Part shown: in pieces, positions 17,276-26,765 of the stretch
Numbering within the stretch: position 1 is the stretch's first letter
How the letters are laid out: the number at the start of each line of letters is the position of its first letter
Origin: Candidatus Omnitrophota bacterium
Lineage (GTDB): Bacteria > Omnitrophota > Gorgyraeia > JAZDFF01
DNA: 64,000 bases
NCBI GenBank assembly: GCA_043808095.1
Contig: JAZDFF010000024.1
Location: forward strand, 7,868-71,867
Reading direction: 5' to 3'
The notes under the pieces: model-generated
Seen by the model: the letters and a program-made list of their open reading frames with translations, nothing else
Databases searched by the model: none
Told to the model about the DNA's origin: nothing
Program-made: the position numbers and the translations under genes

Positions 17276-18552
17276 GGTAAATTAATTCTCCAGCTATGTT
17301 CAAGATAAAGAATGCCGTGATCAGGTCTATCTGATATCACTTCAAAATTATAATAGCCGTTATGATAATCGTAAGCAAAGCGCTCGTCTTTCTGCCAGAT
17401 GGCAATGGATAATCTATATTTGCCCGGTAATAAATTTAGGCCTTTATATTCGATTGAAAATGATCCGTTACCAGGTTTTAACTTATCGATTTTTATGCCG
17501 TCAAACCTGGTATTTGGCCCATAACAGTATGTGCCGTCTTCTTTGAAGATGGCTACCCCGAAATGAGGGTCTTCTATTATTCTATGGGCGGTATATCTTA
17601 CTACTATCTTTGCCCTTTCGCCTGTCTTAAATATGTCCGTTTCTTCATTTCTTGTATTTAGTAATTTAACCTCCAAAATCTCGGCTTCTTTGGTTCCGAT
17701 TTTAGCCCCCCATCCTTCTTTAGGGGCTAAATTTGTTTTTTGTCCAAAATTGCTAACGACGACCGTATCAGCTGGTTTTCTCACCCGAGATTGAACAAAA
17801 ACCGGTTCTGTCTTCTTGCTCATCCGGTCCTGATAAAAACCAATAACTTCTTCTGGCAGACCTTCTTCTAAAACTCTCCCTTTTTCTAATAATACCACCT
17901 TATCGCATAATCTTTTAAGTAATTCTAGAGATTGGGAAACGAGTATCAAGGTCTTACCGGATTTTCTAAAATCGGTTAACCTCTCTAAGCATTTATTTTG
18001 AAATGAAAGGTCTCCTACGGTAAGCATCTCATCAATTAACAAAATATCAAAGTCGACATTAATAGCAATGGCAAAACCCAGGCGCATATACATTCCCGAA
18101 GAATAAGTCATAAGCGGCACATTGATAAAATCGCCTAATTCAGAAAATTCTACTATGTCTTTAAAACGCCTCTTTATCTCCCTCATCCTTAGCCCTAATA
18201 TTGAGCCATTAATATAAATATTTTCTTCTCCGGTTAATTCCGGATGAAAACCTGCCCCTAAACTCAATAAGGCAGAGACTTTGCCGTTAACAAAAATCCT
18301 GCCTTCGGTAGGGGTGGTTATCCCGGAAATTATGTTAAGAAGAGTGGTTTTCCCCGCGCCGTTACTGCCCATAATTCCTAAGGTCTCGCCTCTTTCTATG
18401 TCTAAACTTAAGTCTTTCAGGGCCCAGAATTCTTCAAAACTCTTAACCTTTAGAAACCTCGGCAATATATGCCTGACGATTGCCTCTTTCTCATGCAAAA
18501 TCACATATTTCTTGCCTATTCCAATAAACTTTACTGCAATCATTTTTACCAA
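17272..18552 (-). CDS. polysaccharide/O-antigen export ABC transporter ATP-binding protein (Wzt/TagH-like) with C-terminal extra domain
   Basis: Walker A GIMGSNGAGKTTLLN, signature YSSGMYMRLGFA, Walker B LLIDE. A ~170-aa C-terminal extension is typical of Wzt carbohydrate-binding domains. Confidence 0.85.
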   Translation of the reverse strand: MVKMIAVKFIGIGKKYVILHEKEAIVRHILPRFLKVKSFEEFWALKDLSLDIERGETLGIMGSNGAGKTTLLNIISGITTPTEGRIFVNGKVSALLSLGAGFHPELTGEENIYINGSILGLRMREIKRRFKDIVEFSELGDFINVPLMTYSSGMYMRLGFAIAINVDFDILLIDEMLTVGDLSFQNKCLERLTDFRKSGKTLILVSQSLELLKRLCDKVVLLEKGRVLEEGLPEEVIGFYQDRMSKKTEPVFVQSRVRKPADTVVVSNFGQKTNLAPKEGWGAKIGTKEAEILEVKLLNTRNEETDIFKTGERAKIVVRYTAHRIIEDPHFGVAIFKEDGTYCYGPNTRFDGIKIDKLKPGNGSFSIEYKGLNLLPGKYRLSIAIWQKDERFAYDYHNGYYNFEVISDRPDHGILYLEHSWRINLP

Positions 18553-18557
18553 CGCCT

Positions 18558-19382
18558 CTAGACTAGATCTGCAAATTCTGATTCATGTCTATTAAAAATC
18601 CAAAACCCTATAAAAAATACTGCCAAAGAGCTTACTGAGGACAAAACCGCCAAATTGAATAAGTTTAATGATCCGGGTAATGTATCTATGTAACCACCTA
18701 ATAAAACCGATCTATATAAAGTAATTATCTGGGTAAGCGGGTTTAGCATGTAAATATTGAAAAAATTGCGCGAAATGTTAAATACTAAATCCAGGGGATA
18801 AAATATAGGGGTTAGATAAAACCAAATCAGCAATAAAATCTCAACAATATATTTCACGTCACGAAACCTCACCTGCAGCCCGGAAAATATAAGGCATATT
18901 CCCGTAGTAAAAATTGTCTGTAGCAATAATACCAAAGGTAAAAGTATAACCAGATTACTTATTCTTACTCTAAAAAAAGCGAGCACCGGGAAGATTACGA
19001 TAAAAGTAATAACGAAATTAATGAAATTTGCCACGATGATTGAAATAGGAATTATCTCCCGTGGAAAATAAACCTTCTTTATAAGATTACTGTTCTCCTG
19101 TATGCTCAAGGTACATCCTGAAACAGATAGTTGAAAAAAATTCCAGGGAAAAACCGCGGTAGCTAAGAATACGAAAAACGGATAACCTTCAATTAAGGGA
19201 ATCTTAATAATAAGAGAAAAAACGATTTTAAAAACCAGGATTATGGCCAATGGCACAATCAGGGCCCAGAGAATTCCCAGGATAGGATGCTTATATCTAA
19301 ACTTTATCTCTTTATAAGCTAGCCTAAGAAGCAACTCATGATGCGCAAATATTTCCTTAATTTGTTTTAATATCTCTGGCAT
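18558..19382 (-). CDS. ABC-2 type transporter permease (Wzm-like)
   Basis: ~6 predicted TM helices, adjacent to and co-directional with the Wzt-like ATPase. Confidence 0.75.
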   Translation of the reverse strand: MPEILKQIKEIFAHHELLLRLAYKEIKFRYKHPILGILWALIVPLAIILVFKIVFSLIIKIPLIEGYPFFVFLATAVFPWNFFQLSVSGCTLSIQENSNLIKKVYFPREIIPISIIVANFINFVITFIVIFPVLAFFRVRISNLVILLPLVLLLQTIFTTGICLIFSGLQVRFRDVKYIVEILLLIWFYLTPIFYPLDLVFNISRNFFNIYMLNPLTQIITLYRSVLLGGYIDTLPGSLNLFNLAVLSSVSSLAVFFIGFWIFNRHESEFADLV

Positions 19383-20610
19383 ATCTTACTTCTTGAGTTA
19401 TAGCTACAATCAAACCAACCAGTATCCAAAATTGATACATTGGTTCAGTCCAATAGAATAGTTCGTAGGTAAACATATTTACGAGAATTCCTATTAAGGC
19501 CGCCATTGTTACCAACAAGAATTCTTTAAGAGAATCGTCTCTTATTAGGGGCATGGTTTTAAAAGCGCCTTTCAATAAAAAGAAGATAAATACTAAAAAT
19601 AACGAGAAACCCAATAGACCAGTTTCACCTAGAATCATTAAATACATATTATCGGGAATCTTAAATTCATAAGCTACACATTTTGAGACATGGTATTTAT
19701 CAAAAAGCGGGCGATAATTATTAAGCCCCACTCCAAAAAAAGGATGATCTTTAAACATTTTAAAAGTCGTAGAAAAACGCACGCCACGATAATGAAACCA
19801 ACCGACCAGACCTTGCCAGCCGAGCCGCTTAATCTGGGGATTTTGGATGGATGTTGAGGCAATCAAAAAAATAAGATAAACAATAATGACCGCAAAAATA
19901 AATTTTTTTACTAAACGACTTTTTTTAAGACATAGATATATAACTAAAGCTACGATTGCCGCGATAATACTACCCCGGGTTAAACTAAATAGAATTCCAA
20001 GAAAAATCAAAACCATTGAAATCGCGGCAAGAACCCGGCTGATTTTTGACTTATAGATCTTTATCAAATATAGGCTGAACGGAAGGCAACCAACAAGAAA
20101 TGAACCTAAAACAGCCGGATGTAATTTTGTAGACATTATTCTCGGCCAATGTATGTATTCAGAATAATATGGGTTATTAACCAAATATTCATAAATAAAG
20201 TTTCTATGAAAAACAAGCTCGCTTAGCCCTAATAATGCGATGATGCTGGCAAATAGACAGGTCATCCTGCTGATAGGAGCTCCGAATTCCGGGCGAAAAC
20301 CGCTTTTCAATAAAAAGTATAAAATAACAGATGGTATGACAAAATCTAAAAACCGTTTATATGCAACCCATTTATCGGCCTGGGCAAAAAAGACTGCCGG
20401 GATCATGCCAACTAAAAATAACCAGAACGGTAAATCATATTTATCAAGAATTAGCGCCTTTTTTGATTTATAGGATAGGATCGAAATTATGCACAATAAC
20501 CCAACAAAAATAAGAGTATAATCCTTGAATTTTCCTAAACTAGAAAGGGGAATGATAGCTATCCATCCTAAAAATACTATAAGGCCAAGAAGAACTAATT
20601 TTCTGAACAT
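19357..20610 (-). CDS. O-antigen ligase/polymerase-like polytopic membrane protein
   Basis: ~10-12 hydrophobic helices with a large loop, located in the glycan locus. Start likely at internal Met (MFRKLV...). Confidence 0.45.
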   Translation of the reverse strand: MFRKLVLLGLIVFLGWIAIIPLSSLGKFKDYTLIFVGLLCIISILSYKSKKALILDKYDLPFWLFLVGMIPAVFFAQADKWVAYKRFLDFVIPSVILYFLLKSGFRPEFGAPISRMTCLFASIIALLGLSELVFHRNFIYEYLVNNPYYSEYIHWPRIMSTKLHPAVLGSFLVGCLPFSLYLIKIYKSKISRVLAAISMVLIFLGILFSLTRGSIIAAIVALVIYLCLKKSRLVKKFIFAVIIVYLIFLIASTSIQNPQIKRLGWQGLVGWFHYRGVRFSTTFKMFKDHPFFGVGLNNYRPLFDKYHVSKCVAYEFKIPDNMYLMILGETGLLGFSLFLVFIFFLLKGAFKTMPLIRDDSLKEFLLVTMAALIGILVNMFTYELFYWTEPMYQFWILVGLIVAITQEVRYARDIKTN

Positions 20611-21896
20611 AATCTTCTTCCTATTTCCCTTCCATCTAAAATCGCATCCTCCATTGACATATATTGCCAACTTCCGTAGCGGCCGATAGAATAGATATTA
20701 TTTTTAGATAAAAATTCTAAGATAATTTTTCTGCTCTTTTGATACTCTTTATTATAAATTACATATCCGTACCTTATATCATTGGCATCTTTTGCAACTA
20801 CCTCGTCAGCACTGGATATAATCCCCGCCTTTTTTAAATCGCGCATTATCCGCGGATACATATTAGCCTTATTTAAAGGCCTATTTTTAGAATATGATAT
20901 TTCTATGTAAAGCGCGCTTTGACCAAGTGGCGCAGAGGTTTTAGAAAAACTGTTAAAAAAACCAATTCTAAAAAAGATGAATTTATCTTCAGGAAAATAA
21001 ATCCAATGCGTCCCGGAAAATAATTTTCTATTAATGCCGAGATTAAGATTATAAATAGAAGTATACTTTAACTTTCGCAATGCACCAGATACCGCATCAG
21101 GCAGTGGTTTAATCAACCTATATAATTCAGGAAGCGGTATTGAGGTTATTAATTTACCAAAATTGACCTTCTTGCCATCTCTAAATTGAATTTCTTTTTT
21201 AAGCAGGTCTATTTTTACAGCTTCGCTTTGAGTATGTAAATTCCTGACGCCTCCTGCCAATGCCCTTGTGACCTCATTTATCCCTCCGTTAATCGGATAT
21301 AAGAAATGATTGTTATAACCGATTAATATCTTCTTATCCGTCAGCGTCCCAACTAAGGCCTGGTCTAAAGTGGGCACGGGGATAAATTTATCTACCCATT
21401 CATGAGTTAAAAGGCGCGGATGTATCGTCCAGAATTTATGGTTATAGGGCAGCATAAAATGTTCAGTAATTCCGCGGCCAAAGGTCTTGAGCATCCAGGC
21501 ATAAAAATTTCCATTTTTTTTAGAAAAAGAGGGATCATATTTTGCCTCTAATAGGCCTAAGATACACTCCTTCTTAAGATTCGATGAAAGCTTATTAAGA
21601 TGTGCCTGAAAAGGAAAGAATATATATTCATTGTTAAAATATACGTATGAATTGCGGATGTGCTCTTTTAAGTTTCCTTTCATCAATTTAAAAAGCAAAT
21701 CAAAAGTGTGCCTATTTCTAAAGTGCAATAAATGTGCATCTAGATCAAAGGTAAATCCACCGATTGCCTTTGACCTGCACAAACCTCCCGGCTCGCTCTC
21801 TTTCTCAAAAATCTCATAATCTTTGTTTTTTAAATAGTAGGCCGCGCTTAATCCGGAAAGACCTGCTCCTAAAATGACGATTTTGTCGTTTCTCAT
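20595..21896 (-). CDS. FAD-dependent oxidoreductase, UDP-galactopyranose-mutase-like
   Basis: N-terminal KIVILGAGLSGLSAAYYL...EKESEPGG dinucleotide-binding motif. PYNHKFW resembles the Glf YTEKQWG motif. Confidence 0.55.
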   Translation of the reverse strand: MRNDKIVILGAGLSGLSAAYYLKNKDYEIFEKESEPGGLCRSKAIGGFTFDLDAHLLHFRNRHTFDLLFKLMKGNLKEHIRNSYVYFNNEYIFFPFQAHLNKLSSNLKKECILGLLEAKYDPSFSKKNGNFYAWMLKTFGRGITEHFMLPYNHKFWTIHPRLLTHEWVDKFIPVPTLDQALVGTLTDKKILIGYNNHFLYPINGGINEVTRALAGGVRNLHTQSEAVKIDLLKKEIQFRDGKKVNFGKLITSIPLPELYRLIKPLPDAVSGALRKLKYTSIYNLNLGINRKLFSGTHWIYFPEDKFIFFRIGFFNSFSKTSAPLGQSALYIEISYSKNRPLNKANMYPRIMRDLKKAGIISSADEVVAKDANDIRYGYVIYNKEYQKSRKIILEFLSKNNIYSIGRYGSWQYMSMEDAILDGREIGRRLCSEN

Positions 21897-21990
21897 TTAA
21901 TGAACGGATGCAAACTGATTTTAGCGGATGTAAACGGATTAAATTTTATCCGTGAAATCCGTAACTATTCGTTTGAATCCGTGATTAAAT
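21897..21990. promoter_or_regulatory. array of six ACGGAT/ATCCGT half-sites around a central palindrome AACGGATtaaattttATCCGT, upstream of the UGM-like gene
   Basis: Direct copies at 21904, 21924 (gcggat) and 21934. Inverted copies at 21948, 21957 and 21977. Spacings are multiples of ~10 bp. Confidence 0.55.
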
Positions 21991-22016
21991 ATCTTAAGTT
22001 TTTAACCTGAATAATT

Positions 22017-22997
22017 TTAATCTACCTTCACCCTGGATATTTTTATACCTGATAAGATACAAATAAAGGTTACTACGGATATAATAACAAACCCCGAAAT
22101 ATTCGAAACTCTCACAATTATTAAAGATGCGAGGCTAAAAAGTAGACCCAACAGATACATTATCAAAAGGGACTTCTTCTTGCTAAATCCCAAAGATATT
22201 AGCCTTAAGGCAAAATGGTCTTTACTCTTTTGTATCGGAGACTTTCTCTTTGATATTCTCATAAGCATGACAAAAATAAGGTCGTAAATTACAAGGCCTA
22301 AAACAAAAACGGGTGTAAAAATGGCCATCTTTCTTTCCATGGGCGCATAACTAATAGCAATGGCAATACTTGCCAAGAAAAATCCTAAAAATGTACTTCC
22401 GGAATTTCCTAAATAAATTTTTGCAGGAGGTAGGTTAAAAACTAAAAATCCAATGGAAGCTGCTGTGATATACAAAGACATCATGGCTATCTGGGGGTTA
22501 TTTAAAAAATGTGCCAACAAAAAGAAGGTTAGAGAACAAATTACCGCAAGCCCACCGCAAAGACCGTCCATAACATCCAAAAGATTGAAGGCGTTGGTAA
22601 TTGCCAATAACCAAACTAAAGTCAGGGCTATATTTAATGCATCATTGAGGAAAACTATCCTGATCCTGATACCGAAGCTGATAAGATAGAATCCGGCGAT
22701 GGCCTGAAAAAATAATTTTATCCAGGGTGATAAATCTTTGAGATCATCAACAAGGCCTAAAATAAAAATTATAAAAGAGCCAAACAAAATACTGAAAATA
22801 GCATTATCCAGGAATAACTCCGGCCTAGCACAAAGACCCACTACCGCTGAGAAAAGGATAGCCAGGCCGCCTAAAAAAGGCATACCTTGAGCCGTTACCA
22901 ATTTTGATTTTTTGGCTAAATTTTTAAATAAATTAGTAAAAACAAAACTGATTGCGAAAATCAGAATAAAAATATACAAATAATTCATTGACCTCAA
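22017..22997 (-). CDS. WecA/MraY-family polyprenyl-phosphate N-acetylhexosamine-1-phosphate transferase
   Basis: Polytopic membrane protein with NAFNLLDVMDGLCGG (NxxNxxDGxDGL motif of the MraY/WecA family). Confidence 0.8.
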   Translation of the reverse strand: MRSMNYLYIFILIFAISFVFTNLFKNLAKKSKLVTAQGMPFLGGLAILFSAVVGLCARPELFLDNAIFSILFGSFIIFILGLVDDLKDLSPWIKLFFQAIAGFYLISFGIRIRIVFLNDALNIALTLVWLLAITNAFNLLDVMDGLCGGLAVICSLTFFLLAHFLNNPQIAMMSLYITAASIGFLVFNLPPAKIYLGNSGSTFLGFFLASIAIAISYAPMERKMAIFTPVFVLGLVIYDLIFVMLMRISKRKSPIQKSKDHFALRLISLGFSKKKSLLIMYLLGLLFSLASLIIVRVSNISGFVIISVVTFICILSGIKISRVKVD

Positions 22998-24133
22998 CCT
23001 TTCATAAGACTTTCGTAAATACTATCTATTTGCTTAACCATGGTGTTGACTTCAAAAGTCTTATCCAGAGACCCTTGAGCAAATCTTCCCATTTCAAGAC
23101 ATAATGAGCGGTTGTTAGCAAGAAACGCGATTCTCTCGGCAAGTTGCTTGGGCTCTCGGCTTTTAACTAAAAAACCATTTTTTCTTTCCTGGATAATCTC
23201 TGAAATTCCTCCTACATCAGTAGCAACGACAGCCAGGCCTGCTGCCTGGGCCTCTAACAATGTTATAGGCAAACCCTCCCAATGAGAACTTAGCGCCACC
23301 ATATCTAAAATGGATAAAAGCTGCGGGATATCTCTCCTGAAACCGGCAAGAATAAATTTATCCGCCAGGCCAAAACGCCTTATCCTCTTGACGATCTTTG
23401 AGCGTAAGGCCCCATCACCAATCAATAAAAACTGGATATCTGGTATTTTCTTGGTTAATAAGGATGCTGCCCGGATAAAATCCTGATGCGCCTTTTGCGG
23501 CTTAAAACAGGCAATCATCCCGACGGTAAAGGCGTCTTCTTTAAGCCCCAGGCAGCGCCTACCATCTCTTTTATTCAGCTGAATATCATTAAATTGTCCA
23601 AAATCTATCCCGTAATAAACCAACTGGTATTGGCTTCTATAACCAATCTTGTTAGCCAGACCTTTTTCGATATCGGCTTTGCATACGGAAATCAGCCTGG
23701 TAGTCATGCCGGCGGATATCCTCTCAAGGATAATAAAGACACTCCTCGTAAATATATTCTGCCTATCATTGAAACTCCAGCCATGGATGGTATGGATTAT
23801 TACCGGCACATTTGCAAAATATGCTGCAAAGCGGCCAAGAATGCCTGCTTTTGAACTGTGGGTATGGACGATGTCAATTTTATTTCGTTTGATAAAAAGA
23901 TATAAATCAATCAAGGCCTTTAAATCAAAAAGGGGATTTATCTCTCTCTTTAAAGAAGGCAATATCTTTATATCTAAAGACGCTATCCTCCTTGCGGCAT
24001 CGGAAAGTAAACCGTCGGAACTAATCAAAAATACTTTATATCTGGCCCTGTCAAGATTATTTAAAATATCCAATGTGCTTTTTTGCGCGCCGCCTAATTC
24101 TAATTTTGTGATGATATGTAGGACTTTTTTCAT
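22994..24133 (-). CDS. family 4 (group 1) glycosyltransferase
   Basis: N-terminal LGGAQKSTLDIL and C-terminal EGLPITLLEAQAAGLAVVATDVGG motifs. Confidence 0.8.
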   Translation of the reverse strand: MKKVLHIITKLELGGAQKSTLDILNNLDRARYKVFLISSDGLLSDAARRIASLDIKILPSLKREINPLFDLKALIDLYLFIKRNKIDIVHTHSSKAGILGRFAAYFANVPVIIHTIHGWSFNDRQNIFTRSVFIILERISAGMTTRLISVCKADIEKGLANKIGYRSQYQLVYYGIDFGQFNDIQLNKRDGRRCLGLKEDAFTVGMIACFKPQKAHQDFIRAASLLTKKIPDIQFLLIGDGALRSKIVKRIRRFGLADKFILAGFRRDIPQLLSILDMVALSSHWEGLPITLLEAQAAGLAVVATDVGGISEIIQERKNGFLVKSREPKQLAERIAFLANNRSLCLEMGRFAQGSLDKTFEVNTMVKQIDSIYESLMKG

Positions 24134-24234
24134 GTAAAAATTATTGATTGCAGTGATTTTGTAAAGAAGATTTCAGTGATTAATACTTCAATCACCGGAA
24201 TCTATTTTATAATCACAGTAATCATCTTCATTTT

Positions 24235-25026
24235 TTAGTCCAGAATATTAGATAAATCAAAGGTCATGCCGTCACTGGCAGAAATTACCTCAATGCCTAA
24301 TTCTTTAGTTAATTGTTTGGCAATCTCGTATGGTTTGGCTACTAACATAGTCATGCCAAAATGGGTCAAGATAGCCACTTTCGGCCTTATCTCTTTAATA
24401 ATAATTTTTGCATCTTCTAAACTCAAATGCTGAACTTCAGGGCGAGGATTCAGAAAGACAGTGTTGATGATAATAAGCGGGGCCTGGTAGAAGTCACTCA
24501 TACCTTTAAAATAACTGGTATCGGCAATCAGGGAAAATGTAATGTTGCCGGCATTAAATTTCAAACCGTAAGTCTCAACCGGATGTATGGAAGAAATCGT
24601 ATCAAAACTAATTTCGTCGATATGGTATGTTTTATTTTTCTTTAATATTTCAATATGCTCAGGGAAACCCTGTACATGTTCTAAGATTATCGATTGTGTA
24701 CCTAAGGCATCTTGTGGGCAAAAAACCATCCCCCTTTTCTTAAAACCGCCTTCTGTCATTGCCTCAATCATTACGTTGATATCGTTGGCATGGTCAAGAT
24801 GCCTGTGGGTCAGGATTATTGCGTCTAATTTGGTGGGATCTAATCGTGGTCGACTTGAATTTACTTTCACTAAACTTCCTGGACCAGGATCAATGAGTAT
24901 GTTTTTGCCGGCTAAATTAAGCCACATGCCGCCTGAGGCGCGAAGCTGGCGAATCATGACAAAACGGGCTCCGGCAGTGCCTAAAAATTTTATCCAGCAG
25001 TGGTTCTCTTTATTGGATACAGCCAT
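24235..25026 (-). CDS. MBL-fold metallo-hydrolase
   Basis: ILTHRHLDHAND (HxHxDH zinc-binding motif). Confidence 0.75.
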   Translation of the reverse strand: MAVSNKENHCWIKFLGTAGARFVMIRQLRASGGMWLNLAGKNILIDPGPGSLVKVNSSRPRLDPTKLDAIILTHRHLDHANDINVMIEAMTEGGFKKRGMVFCPQDALGTQSIILEHVQGFPEHIEILKKNKTYHIDEISFDTISSIHPVETYGLKFNAGNITFSLIADTSYFKGMSDFYQAPLIIINTVFLNPRPEVQHLSLEDAKIIIKEIRPKVAILTHFGMTMLVAKPYEIAKQLTKELGIEVISASDGMTFDLSNILD

Positions 25027-25068
25027 TTAAATAAACACATAATTTACGAACACGACAGTGTGAGTAAA

Positions 25069-25566
25069 TTATAACTGTGAATTTAACCAAATTTTCCTAA
25101 GTTCTTCGGTTATCTCCTCGGCCTCTTGAGTTGATAATTCAATTTTATTCTCAGAAAACTGAGTACCAGGCCTAGTTATTTTCTCCTTGCCAAAAACGAA
25201 TTCTTTGACGCTTAACAACCTTGCGCCAAAAGAACGCACATAGAAACAAATTTCCTTATCGTTAGTAACTACAACTATCTTTTTAGGCTCTTTGGCCTTT
25301 TCAACCGCTCTTTTAATCCAAGCGTCAGCAGATTCATCTCTAGTAAAGATTATAGTTACAGCACAATTTTTCGTGGGATAATCGAAGCCATTTGATGCGC
25401 CATCAAACACAATAGTAATAGCATTTCTCTCGCTCCCTTGAGGGCGTTTATCCCGGATAAAATGAATGAGTTTTTCCCGTGAGTCTTTTAATTTTTTTCC
25501 TGTTAAGGAAGGCGTCTGTTTTATCAGGTTATAGCCGTCTAGAATGTAGTGTAATGACATATACAA
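25069..25566 (-). CDS. NYN-domain / YacP-like protein
   Basis: YILDGYNLI N-terminal motif, TIVFDG and VVVTND blocks typical of YacP-like NYN nuclease-fold proteins. Confidence 0.55.
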   Translation of the reverse strand: MYMSLHYILDGYNLIKQTPSLTGKKLKDSREKLIHFIRDKRPQGSERNAITIVFDGASNGFDYPTKNCAVTIIFTRDESADAWIKRAVEKAKEPKKIVVVTNDKEICFYVRSFGARLLSVKEFVFGKEKITRPGTQFSENKIELSTQEAEEITEELRKIWLNSQL

Positions 25567-26476
25567 CTCCGCCGAATATCCCCACGATTATGGTCAAAGC
25601 AAAAATGATTAAAGACAGGGACAACGCTGCCTCGTGGGCCACGCCGAATCTTCCGAAATAAAAAACCGAACTACTGTCTCTTAAACCAAGCCCTCCGATA
25701 GAAATAGGCAAGGTAGATATGGCGCCAATTACGGGGATAAGGAGAAAGAAATAGATTAATTCTAAATCAATATGTAAAGACCGGGCAAACAAATAAAAAA
25801 CAATTATATTCCCGCCCTGTATAAGAAAAGAGATTAATAAATTCTTTATTAAAACTGCCTGTTTCGCGCGAAGGCTTATGATAGCAGATTGAAATCTATG
25901 GATTCTTTCACTAAATGCTTTTAGATGAACAAAGGAAAACAAAAACAAAATTCTTTTAAATAACCTTCGGCTAAATACGAGTGTGAAGATTGCTAAAAAT
26001 AAAAGAAAAAGAATAACCACGCTTAAAATTACCGTTTCATCATTTATAAACCTGTAACCTACTAATAGCGAGAAAATGGCAATCGACATCAGCGCAATGA
26101 AGCCGCTTAACCTATCCAAAAATACAGTTGCCACTATTGAACTTCCTTGTCTGGTATGGGCAAAAAGATCCATGGTTCGAAATACATCTCCGCCAATAGT
26201 GCTGGGTAAAAAGGTATTAAAAAATAAGCCTCCGCAATATGCCGTAATAACACGGCTGATCGGGGGCTTAAGATTAAACGCCCTGATTAGCATCTGCCAG
26301 CGGTAAACACCAAGAACATACAAAGACAAAAATAGCAAGTTTGCCCATATAAAAAGTTTTAAATCAAGCCCGCGAATAATCTTTAACATTAAAGGCAACT
26401 CGATCCTTCTAAGCAAAAAGAGGATTATACTTGCGCTTATAACAATTCTGAGTAAAATTCCGAATATCTTTTTCAT
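25529..26476 (-). CDS. flippase-like / LPG-synthase-TM-family integral membrane protein
   Basis: ~8 TM helices, Arg-rich cytoplasmic loops. Architecture resembles UPF0104/lysylphosphatidylglycerol-synthase TM-region proteins often found in glycan loci. Confidence 0.5.
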   Translation of the reverse strand: MKKIFGILLRIVISASIILFLLRRIELPLMLKIIRGLDLKLFIWANLLFLSLYVLGVYRWQMLIRAFNLKPPISRVITAYCGGLFFNTFLPSTIGGDVFRTMDLFAHTRQGSSIVATVFLDRLSGFIALMSIAIFSLLVGYRFINDETVILSVVILFLLFLAIFTLVFSRRLFKRILFLFSFVHLKAFSERIHRFQSAIISLRAKQAVLIKNLLISFLIQGGNIIVFYLFARSLHIDLELIYFFLLIPVIGAISTLPISIGGLGLRDSSSVFYFGRFGVAHEAALSLSLIIFALTIIVGIFGGVVYVITLHSRRL

Positions 26477-26479
26477 ATT

Positions 26480-26765
26480 TTGGATGGAGCCCCACGGCTT
26501 TACCCGCTTCGACTCGCGTCGAGCGAGGCGAGCAGCCGTGGTACCTGAAAAACCCGCCTACGCTTCGCTTCGGCGAAGTCCGCTCGCCTCGCGGCGAAGC
26601 CGCGGGCCTTCAACACGTAATGGCGACATCTCGCCGTAGCGCACCTCTCTGCATTTCCGCCATAATACGTGGCGAGATCTCGCCATTCGCGAAGGCGGAT
26701 GGCGGACATCCCCAGGTTCACACCTGGGGTTTTCCCGCCAAAGGCGAGGCTCGCCAAAGGCGGCT
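26480..26765. repeat. GC-rich (about 65 percent GC versus <40 percent background) palindrome-rich intergenic element
   Basis: Contains perfect palindromes ggcgagatctcgcc and ctcgccaaaggcgag (x2), and cgcttcggcgaagtccgctcgcctcgcggcgaagc. Shares ctcgccaaaggcgag with the element at 45200-45480. An 85-aa Ala/Arg-rich ORF (26500-26757) lies wholly inside it and is probably spurious. Confidence 0.6.

Noticed and set aside
20595-20670. 76-bp overlap between the Wzy-like gene and the UGM-like gene
   Set aside because: Probably an over-extended start call. An internal Met (MFRKLV...) at about 20610 reduces the overlap to a typical 16 bp. It is not treated as a real long overlap or a frameshift.
26500-26757. 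85-aa Ala/Arg-rich ORF
   Set aside because: It lies entirely within the GC-rich palindromic element. Its composition is what any frame of 65 percent GC DNA yields. There is no SD and no recognisable domain.
26480-26765. Possibility that the GC-rich block encodes RNase P RNA, SRP RNA, tmRNA or a tRNA
   Set aside because: I could not find the conserved RNase P (GGAAAGUCCGGGCUCC), SRP (GGAAGCAGCC-type loop) or tmRNA tag/tRNA-like CCA-end signatures. The cloverleaf-like stems seen do not have tRNA spacing.
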